Position numbers and translations under genes: made by a program. This document shows positions 10,075 to 18,500 of a stretch of DNA of 64,000 nt, piece by piece. The first letter of the stretch is position 1, and each line of letters starts with the position of its first letter. Under the pieces are notes generated by a model. The model was not told the origin of the DNA. It saw nothing but the letters and a program-made list of their open reading frames with translations, and ran no database searches. This DNA comes from Candidatus Wirthbacteria bacterium. Its GTDB lineage: Bacteria > Patescibacteriota > CG2-30-54-11. The stretch covers positions 128,148 through 192,147 of the forward strand of contig CAISZI010000040.1 in the NCBI GenBank assembly GCA_903889905.1. The letters are read 5' to 3'.

Positions 10075-11795
10075 CCCAATTTCGTGCACTGTGGCAAACT
10101 CGGGGTGGACACATTTTACTGTTGCTGTTGCTCTGGATTGGCGCCATCATGGTGATCAATCCGATTGGTAATTTCCCCCTCAATGACGATTGGGTGTATG
10201 CACGACTGGTCCATTACCTGGTTGATTACGGCAACATCGCCTATCATCAGGCGCCACGTTCGTATGCCTTGTTTATCGCTCAGGTTTTCTGGGGCGCGCT
10301 GTTTTGTCTTCCGGCTGGGTTTTCTTTTACGGCTTTGCGTTTTTCGACATTGGTGCTGGGCTTTGTGGGCGTGCTGGCAACTTACTTGCTGTGCGAGGAA
10401 CTGGGAATTGGCAAAAAAGTCAGCCTGCTAGTCTCGCTGCTTGTGCTTTGCAATCCCATTTACGTGGAACTGTCGAATACGTTCATGACCGATGTTCCTT
10501 TTTTCACCATGGTAATGCTGGCGATGCTGTGCTGGGTCAAAGCCCTCAAACGCCGTTCACGTTTGTGGCTGTTAGCTGGCAGTTTGAGTATCGTGGCGGC
10601 CACATTTATCCGGCAGATGGGTCTGTTGTTTGCGCTTGCTTTTGCGGTGGCGACGCTGATCGGAGAAGTTCGGGGCAGGACTTTAAGCCTGCGCAAAACG
10701 ACCTGGTCATTGGTTCCTCTTTTGGGCCTGGGCCTGGCGATTACGGCGTATGTCGGATATCTACAACCGCACTTTCATTTGCCCATTTTCTTGGACACGC
10801 CCAAACTGCTGACGTCACCTACGCTGTGGGGAAAATTGATGGCAGCGTCTAATTCGCTTTTTAAAGCTGCCTGGATGTCACTGCTCTATCTGGGACTTTT
10901 CCTCTCGCCACTCATGCTGCTGGTTTGGATGCGCCGCTATCTCACTTCCACTTTAAAAGTCAAAGCCATCATCCTGGCAATCCTGGCCCTTAGCCTTGGC
11001 ATTATTTTGCCTTATCTGGTTATCAGTCATCGGCTTTTGCCATTAGGTGGCAATATCTGGTTTGATTTTGGACTGGGTCCAGTCACACTCAAAGACGTCT
11101 ACATCTGGGGCTTGCCCGATTATCCGGATTTGCTGCCGTCACTTTGGATTGTGCTAACCGCCATTGGCGTTGCGGGTGGCGCGGTTATTGTGATTGAGGT
11201 AGTGGCAAGCTGTTGGAGTATGTTCAAACGCAACCTGCATGGCGGGATGGATGATCAAACGATCTGGCCGGTGACGCTTTGGCTCATTTTGGCCCAGCTG
11301 CTTTTCTTTGGTTCGATTGGACTGGGGCTTTGGTTTGACCGGTATTTACTGCTGTTTATACCGCTGCTCGGCGCGCTGATTGCGCTGCATAGTCCCAAGG
11401 TGGATTTTGCTGCTTTACGCAAAGTTAAAATTACTGGTGCGGTGCTGCTCACATTATTTGGCCTGTTTGCCGTGCTGGCCACACATGACTATCTGGCCTG
11501 GAATCGTGCCCGCTGGGAGGCTCTGGACAAGTTGGAAGTTGAGCAAAAAGTGAATGCCTATGTCGTCGACGGTGGCTACGAATACAATGGCTGGTATTTG
11601 TACGATCGCAATTACCGCCCACGGCTCGGAGTCAGTTGGTGGTTTGTCCAGGGTGATGATTATCTGGCCAGTTTGGAACCACTGCCTGGCTATGATCCGC
11701 TGTTTAGCGTCAGTTATCAACGGTATTTGCCCTGGGGGCAGGGCCAGGTCTATATTTTGAAAAGGCAGGCTGTCCTCACCTACCTCAATCTGTAG
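10071..11795 (+). CDS. Polytopic membrane protein, GT-C fold glycosyltransferase-like (ArnT/PMT-type)
   Basis: 574 aa with many TM helices and an N-terminal loop carrying a DD (PLNDDW) motif. ATGA overlap with the upstream gene. The functional call is tentative. Confidence 0.5.
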   Translation: MTQFRALWQTRGGHILLLLLLWIGAIMVINPIGNFPLNDDWVYARLVHYLVDYGNIAYHQAPRSYALFIAQVFWGALFCLPAGFSFTALRFSTLVLGFVGVLATYLLCEELGIGKKVSLLVSLLVLCNPIYVELSNTFMTDVPFFTMVMLAMLCWVKALKRRSRLWLLAGSLSIVAATFIRQMGLLFALAFAVATLIGEVRGRTLSLRKTTWSLVPLLGLGLAITAYVGYLQPHFHLPIFLDTPKLLTSPTLWGKLMAASNSLFKAAWMSLLYLGLFLSPLMLLVWMRRYLTSTLKVKAIILAILALSLGIILPYLVISHRLLPLGGNIWFDFGLGPVTLKDVYIWGLPDYPDLLPSLWIVLTAIGVAGGAVIVIEVVASCWSMFKRNLHGGMDDQTIWPVTLWLILAQLLFFGSIGLGLWFDRYLLLFIPLLGALIALHSPKVDFAALRKVKITGAVLLTLFGLFAVLATHDYLAWNRARWEALDKLEVEQKVNAYVVDGGYEYNGWYLYDRNYRPRLGVSWWFVQGDDYLASLEPLPGYDPLFSVSYQRYLPWGQGQVYILKRQAVLTYLNL

Positions 11796-11873
11796 CAGCC
11801 AAATCCACTTGGGTGGGAGAGGTTGGCGTGGTATAGTTTGAGCCATTCATGAATTGCCCAAAAAGGAGTGTTG

Positions 11874-14800
11874 ATGTTTAAAAAGCGCAGTGCCAAAGTT
11901 TCCTTTCCCGAAATCGAACACGAAGTCCTGGCTTTCTGGCAGCAGAACCGGATTTTTGCACAAAGTGTGGAAAATCGTAAGGACCGCGAATTGTTTAATT
12001 TCTACGACGGCCCGCCGTTTGCTACGGGTTTGCCGCATTATGGACACATCCTGGCCGGTGCGATCAAAGACGCCATTCCGCGGTATAAAACCATGAAAGG
12101 TTACTATGTGCCGCGCGTGCTGGGCTGGGACTGTCATGGCCTGCCGGTGGAATACGAAATCGAAAAAGAACGTAAAATTACCGGCAAGAAACAGATCGAA
12201 GAGTGGGGCGTTGGCAATTTCAATGATGCCTGCAAATCGATTGTTTTTCGCTACACCAAGGAATGGGAAAAAACCATCAATCGCATGGGGCGCTGGGTGG
12301 ATTTTGAGCACAGTTACGCCACCATGGACCGCCATTACATGGAATCGATCTGGTGGGTTTTTCGCCAGATCTGGGACAAGAATTTCATTTACGAAGACTA
12401 CCGCAGCACCTGGTATTGCCCGCGTTGTGGCACGCCCTTAAGCAACTTTGAAGTGAATCAAGGCTACAAAGACAATACCAAAGACCCGTCGATTTTTGTC
12501 AAAATGCAGTTGGTGGAGGACCCCAAGACTTACTTCCTGGTTTGGACGACCACCCCTTGGACCTTGCCTGGTAATGCCGCCATTGCCGCCAATCCCGAGT
12601 ACGAGTATGTCAAAATCAAGCTCAAAGACGCTGAGCCAGGCAGTGAAGTGCAACTCAATACCGAGCAAATCGAGTCTGTGGGCCAGTGCTTGATCCTCTC
12701 CAAGGCGCGGCTGGCGGTGATCAAACAGCCTTATGAAATCGTCAAAACGTTTAAAGCCAAGGATTTGGAAGGCAAACAGTACTTACCGCTCTATAATTTC
12801 ATTTCAACAGACAAAAATAAACATAGGTTGGTCTTGGCTGATTTTGTCACGCAGGATGACGGTACTGGTCTGGTTCACATTGCGCCGGCTTTTGGTGAGG
12901 AAGACTTCAATTTGGGGAAAAAACTGGATTTACCCATTTTCCGCACTGTTGACGAAGCGGGTTGCATGTCCAAGGAAGTGACGTTGTGGGCAGGTGTTTT
13001 TTTTAAGGACGCGGACAATCTGATTGCCGAAGAACTGCTCAAACGTGGTTTGCGTTATGGCTATGGCAGTATGGAACATACTTATCCGTTTTGCTGGCGC
13101 TGCGACAGTCCGCTCCTGAATTACGCCGTCAAAACCTGGTATATCCGGGTGACTGAGGTGCGTGACCGTTTGCTTGTCAACAATGATCAGATCAACTGGA
13201 TGCCCGAACATGTGAAAGACGGTCGTTTTGGCAAATGGCTGGAAAGTGTGCGCGACTGGAATGTGAGCCGCAATCGTTTCTGGGGCACACCGCTGCCAAT
13301 CTGGCGTTGCGACGGCTGTGGCAAAACCGAGTGCCTCGGTAGTATCGCCGAACTCAAAGAGCGCGCCACGCCGATTTTTAAACTCCGTATCGACGCTCTT
13401 GACCTGCACCGACCCTACATCGACGAGATTGAACTGGAATGCCAGGACTGCGGCAAACCCATGCACCGTATCGAAGAAGTGCTGGACTGCTGGTTTGAAA
13501 GCGGTTCCATGCCTTATGCCCAGAAGCATTACCCCTTTGAGCACAAGGACGAATTCGAACAAAATTTTCCAGCCCAGTTCATTGCCGAAGGCATGGACCA
13601 GACGCGCGGGTGGTTTTATACCCTGCACGTGATTGCCACAATCTTGTTTGACAAGCCTTCGTTCCAAAACTGCATCGTCAATGGTATTGGTTTGGATGAA
13701 CATGGTGTGAAGCTCAGTAAACGGCTGCGCAACTATGTTGAACCGGAGAAGCTGATGGACTCCGTGGGTGCCGATGCCATGCGTTATTTTCTCTTTGCCA
13801 ACACGCCGATGGGCGAGGATTGGCGTTTTAGCGACGACCTGGTTAAGGAAAAGGTCCGTAAAGTGTTGATGATCTGGTGGAATTCCTATGTTTTCTTCCT
13901 CACTTATGCCTGCATCGACAACTGGGAACCGCCGCAGTCAACCGGCGCCACAGCGAGCGTTAATCTACTCGACAAATGGGTGCTTTCGCGTCTCCATTCG
14001 CTCACTCGTGAAATGACCGACGCCTTTGACAACTACGACCTGACCCGTGCCTCGCGTCCAATCGAATCCTTTGTGGCCGAGCTCAGCACCTGGTACATCC
14101 GCCGCAGCCGCCGCCGTTTCTGGAAAAGTGAAAGTGACAGCGACAAAGCCGGGGCTTATCAAACGCTCTACACCGTGCTGGTCACTTTAGCCAAACTGGT
14201 CGCGCCGATCATGCCATTCGTGGCCGAAGAAATGTATCGCAATCTGGTGAGCGACCAGAACCTGGGCGAAGCGTCATCCGTGCATTTGAGCGATTACCCT
14301 GTCGCCAACCTCGATCTGATTGACACCAAACTCGAGGAACGCATGCGGCTTACCATGAACATTGTCGAAACCGCGCGGGCACTGCGGTCTGAAATGGGTG
14401 TCAAAGTGCGTCAACCATTGCAGGACCTGGTGCTGCTGGCCAAAGACAAACAGGATTTGAGTCACCTTGAGCCTGAACTGCTTGCCATCATCGAAGAAGA
14501 AATCAACGTCAAGGAAGTCAAAGTGGTCAAAGACATACCCGAAAAATTCCCCAAACGCGAAATGCCCCAGGCCTGGATCGGCGTCGATCCATTTGTCAGC
14601 GAAGAGCTGCGCCACGAAGGCTTGATCCGCGATTTGACCCGTGAAATCCAGGATGGCCGCAAAAAAGCCGGTTTCAGCATCGAAAATCGTATCGAAACTT
14701 TCTTGGATTTCTCCAGCACGGACATTCAGACAGCCATGCAAACCTGGGATGTATACATGAAGAAGGAAACCCTGTCGAACGCCATTACTGTCGCCCCGTT

Positions 14801-14879
14801 TGACGCATCTGTCGTGGAATTTGTCAAAGACGTGGAAATCGATTCGATCAAAATTAAGCTCGGTCTTAAACGAGCCTGA
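11874..14879 (+). CDS. ileS: Isoleucyl-tRNA synthetase, type 2 (eukaryote/archaeal-like)
   Basis: HIGH motif PHYGHILAG and KMSKS motif VKLSKRL. Long type-2 C-terminal region without a Zn-finger. AAAAGGAG RBS 5 nt before the ATG at 11874 (the track starts it 6 nt earlier, at the GTG). Confidence 0.9.
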   Translation: MFKKRSAKVSFPEIEHEVLAFWQQNRIFAQSVENRKDRELFNFYDGPPFATGLPHYGHILAGAIKDAIPRYKTMKGYYVPRVLGWDCHGLPVEYEIEKERKITGKKQIEEWGVGNFNDACKSIVFRYTKEWEKTINRMGRWVDFEHSYATMDRHYMESIWWVFRQIWDKNFIYEDYRSTWYCPRCGTPLSNFEVNQGYKDNTKDPSIFVKMQLVEDPKTYFLVWTTTPWTLPGNAAIAANPEYEYVKIKLKDAEPGSEVQLNTEQIESVGQCLILSKARLAVIKQPYEIVKTFKAKDLEGKQYLPLYNFISTDKNKHRLVLADFVTQDDGTGLVHIAPAFGEEDFNLGKKLDLPIFRTVDEAGCMSKEVTLWAGVFFKDADNLIAEELLKRGLRYGYGSMEHTYPFCWRCDSPLLNYAVKTWYIRVTEVRDRLLVNNDQINWMPEHVKDGRFGKWLESVRDWNVSRNRFWGTPLPIWRCDGCGKTECLGSIAELKERATPIFKLRIDALDLHRPYIDEIELECQDCGKPMHRIEEVLDCWFESGSMPYAQKHYPFEHKDEFEQNFPAQFIAEGMDQTRGWFYTLHVIATILFDKPSFQNCIVNGIGLDEHGVKLSKRLRNYVEPEKLMDSVGADAMRYFLFANTPMGEDWRFSDDLVKEKVRKVLMIWWNSYVFFLTYACIDNWEPPQSTGATASVNLLDKWVLSRLHSLTREMTDAFDNYDLTRASRPIESFVAELSTWYIRRSRRRFWKSESDSDKAGAYQTLYTVLVTLAKLVAPIMPFVAEEMYRNLVSDQNLGEASSVHLSDYPVANLDLIDTKLEERMRLTMNIVETARALRSEMGVKVRQPLQDLVLLAKDKQDLSHLEPELLAIIEEEINVKEVKVVKDIPEKFPKREMPQAWIGVDPFVSEELRHEGLIRDLTREIQDGRKKAGFSIENRIETFLDFSSTDIQTAMQTWDVYMKKETLSNAITVAPFDASVVEFVKDVEIDSIKIKLGLKRA

Positions 14880-14883
14880 ACTC

Positions 14884-15324
14884 ATGCCAATCCTCGTTGA
14901 TGGCAACAACCTGCTGGGTTTCAGCAACCTGACCGAAGAGCAGCTCACCAACGCCTTGTCGCGACTTAGCGATAGCAAAGGACTGCGGGTTTTGTTGTGT
15001 TTTGACGGCGCGCGCAGCCATGGCCGGTCACGCGAGTGGCTGGGCAAGTTTCAGGTTCTGTTTTCTGGTCACTATCAGACAGCGGATGATGTGATTTTGG
15101 CCGAAATTGCCAAACTCAAGGACAAACACGGCTGGGTTTTGTACAGCAATGACCGCAAATTGAGCACCGAAGCACGCTTCTATGGCATTAAAATTGAATC
15201 AGCCCAGAAATTACTTGCTCAACTCAAAGAGCAGCGTACGAGTGAGTCGATGGTGCCGGAAAAGCCTGGATATGAACGAAATTCGGATGATTTATTGCAG
15301 GCGATGCTCAAGGGGAAGAAGTAG
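14884..15324 (+). CDS. NYN/YacP-like PIN-fold ribonuclease
   Basis: MPILVDGNNLLG... matches the YacP/NYN N-terminal LxVDGYNxx motif. The track ORF begins at 14800 inside the ileS 3' end, but the in-frame ATG at 14884 directly after the ileS stop is more plausible. Confidence 0.55.
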   Translation: MPILVDGNNLLGFSNLTEEQLTNALSRLSDSKGLRVLLCFDGARSHGRSREWLGKFQVLFSGHYQTADDVILAEIAKLKDKHGWVLYSNDRKLSTEARFYGIKIESAQKLLAQLKEQRTSESMVPEKPGYERNSDDLLQAMLKGKK

Positions 15325-15487
15325 CCACTGCGCGCGGGTCGCCTTGAAAACACATTTTTCAGGCTCTTACAGGCTCGTGTGGAATTGCTCGTTGGTGGTG
15401 GCGCTTGGACATGTTGATTTTCGTGACTAGATTGCTCAACCGTGCCTTTGTAGGTGCCACTGGCGTAATTGAAACTCTGAAGTAGAG

Positions 15488-15519
15488 CCTGGGAAATTTG
15501 TTTTCCAGGCTTTTGTGGC
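15488..15519 (+). terminator. Rho-independent terminator
   Basis: GCCTGGGAAA-tttg-TTTTCCAGGC stem followed by TTTTGTGG. Confidence 0.5.
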
Positions 15520-15579
15520 GTAAGGACGCTAAATCTGGTAAAATAATACGATTATTCCATAGCCAAAAACAAAGTCAAA

Positions 15580-18500
15580 ATGCCACCAGAAGAGACATTG
15601 GAAAGAAATAGCGAAAACATGGAAGGCGAGTCGGCTGAGGCGCGCGTCAGCGCGGAGCGTAAAAAGACCGAGGACAAGCTCAAACAGGATGCCGAAGACG
15701 AACAAAAAGGCAAGGAAGCGGAACTCAAAAAAAAGATCGAAGCAGCGGGTGACAAAAAAGACCTCAAAACGCTCGGTGCGCTTTCGCGTGAGGCGCATGA
15801 CAATCGCCATGAAGAATTGGAAAAAAGGTCCAAGGAACTGAGTGATGAAATCGAAAAAGCCAATGCCAAAGAAGAAGATGAAAAAAAAATCAGGGAAAAG
15901 CAGGTTGAAAAAGAAGCTATTGATGATGAACTGAACAAAGACAAGAAAATAGAAGGGAATGACGAAGCCGAGCGTAAAATAAAAATCAACAATATTGTTG
16001 AAGACCGGACCAAGGAAGTGGATACGGAATTCGATAAGTATGACGCTCGCATGAAAAAAGCGCTGGAGGAGCGAGACCTGGAGCAGGATACCATTTCACG
16101 TAAGGTCATGGAATTTGAGCGGCTCCTCAATGAACGCGAAGAGCACAAATTCGAAGGCAAGCACGTTGAGCATGATGATTTTCGCATCTGGCACCAGGCC
16201 AAGGAAATCATGGACATTCAGGGGGATGTACAGAAAGATGTGCTTGGGTATTACAACGACATGCAGCAACGCGGGCGAGAATTGTATGCGGCAATTGCCG
16301 ATAATTTTGACATCAAAACGCTGTCAGACTACAACTACAAACAAATCCAATTTGAAGCCAATTTGCGCATCGAAGACCACGTCAAAAACCGTTATGACAA
16401 TTTTGCCGGAGGTGTCGGAAAACTCTGGCGCGACATGAAGGTCAATTGGTTTAGTCGCATTGAAGATCTGCGCGGCAAGTGGCCTGATGCTGAAGTTGAT
16501 GATTTTCAAAAGCAAGTCGTCGATAATCACAATGATGACGCCGAAATCAATGCCTGGCATCAGGCAAATTCTGATCAAACCAAAACCAATAAAACAACAG
16601 AACAGGTAATCGAAGGTGGCATTGCTGAAAATGTCTCTGAAATTGACCATTTGGTCGAAAAACTAGATGGCTCAGTCAAAGACAATGTCAGAGAAACGCC
16701 TTCCCGTAATGAAAAAATACTTATGGCAGAGCGTAATCTGGCGGCCATCACTTCCAAAGTTTCGCAGCTCGAAGTCATCGCCCAAAGCGCCGAAACTGCT
16801 GCAGATTTTGCCAGTGTGGAGCGTCGCGCGACCGAATTGAATCGTGAAATCGGTGGCACGTATCTGACGGGATTGACCCGTATTGAAAATCTTTTGGGCG
16901 AGGACAAAGAAAGTCTGCAACACGCACAGGATATGACGGGTGATTTGTCAGCCCGCGTCAAAGTGGTTGAAAACCAGATCGGCAAATTGATGGCCAATTT
17001 GCGTGAACCGGGTAATCCCGAAAAGATTGGAGTGCTGGTTGCCACCTTGAACTCCGCCAGACAAGCCCATGACAAAATTGAAGCCGCGCTCGCGTCATCG
17101 GGAATTTCTGAATCTGATTTGTGGCGCTACCAAGGCATTGAAATGAAAGCGCAGAACGAAGCCGGTTGGGAAGACATGTCTGTTTATGTGCAGGCACTGG
17201 ACGCTGGCAAAGTCGCATCCGCCTTGCAGGAAGAGCAAAGCCAGCTGCAGCAGGCGTCGCCAGAGCGTGCCGCGCAGATCGATGGCATTTTGCAGGATCT
17301 GGCTGGCATTGAGACGTTAAAAACGCAAATGGAACAGGGGAAAACTACCACCGAACATTCAACCAATGCGGTTCTTCTTGAAGACGATCAAGCAGACGCG
17401 GCTCAGGGGGGGGCGGAGTCCGTTACCATGGATCCTGAAACTGTTGATGCCAGTGCGGTTCTGGATGGCGAGATTGCTAAAGAGACGAAGGTGGAAGAGC
17501 CCATGGCCAAACAAGTTGAAGAGGTTATAGAAACTGAAGCTGAGATCGTTCCTGAAGTTCCGGCCGAGCTCATTCCTCCTGCGGTAGAAACAGTATCTGT
17601 TGTACAAGCGGATACGGTTGAAATTCCAGAAACAAAAACTGAGGACAAAATCAAAGAGTTGGACGAGCGGGAAGCGCAAATCGAAAAGTTTTTCCAGATG
17701 CGCGCCGAGCCAACCAGTGGTCAGAATAAAGTCGAGGAAGCCGTTGCAGGCGAGGCACCTCAAATCTTTGTAACGGAACAGGCAATGGCTGAAGTGACAG
17801 CTGAGGAAGTAAAACCCGAAACTGCTGTTGAGGCTGCAGAAGAGCAGGAAACAAAAAGCAAAGCAGCTGAAAGTGCTGCACCTGTCGAACCTGTTGAAGC
17901 AGTGACGGAACGTACACCAGAACAAATTCAGGCAGCTGAACTCGCAGAAGCGGAAGCAAACAATATTGAGACAGAAGCACTTGATGGAATCAAACCACAA
18001 GCAGTGGGCGTGGAAGAGCAAATGACTGACGTGGCAGCAGATAAAGTAGAGGCGACAAAATCAGAATTAACACCCGAAGCAACCCAAGCCGCCGAACTTG
18101 CTGCGGCAGCGGAAGCAATTAAAATTGATGAAGCAGTCAGTGAAGCTGAACTTGAGCCAGTCAAACCCGGAAATTTGGAAAAGGACAAACAGGCAGTCAA
18201 AAATGGTGAAACCGATAAAATCGACGACGTTGAAGAAGCTGAAACGAAACCAAACGACGGTCAAGATTTATCACCAGAACAGGCAGAACCGAAACCTGAA
18301 ATAATCGAAGCTAAGACAGTCCCAGTAGAAGACGAAACCGTTGACGCCCGAGAGGCGACAAAAGTGGCTGAAGATTTGGACAACAAAACTGCAGTTGAAA
18401 TGACGGCTCAAAATGAAAAAGTTGAGACAAGTGTAGTTATCCCTGACACGGAGACAGTCAAAGCCGATGCCGAAACTAATGCCAAAACCAATGCTGAACC

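Noticed and set aside
11796-11873. T-box or riboswitch leader for ileS/aspS/cysS
   Set aside because: The leaders are 10-75 nt, far too short for T-box elements. No specifier or T-box sequence was seen.
12930-15047. Two 257-aa minus-strand ORFs antisense to ileS and the NYN gene
   Set aside because: The sense strand carries ileS, which is unambiguous. This is a GC-rich third-position shadow effect.
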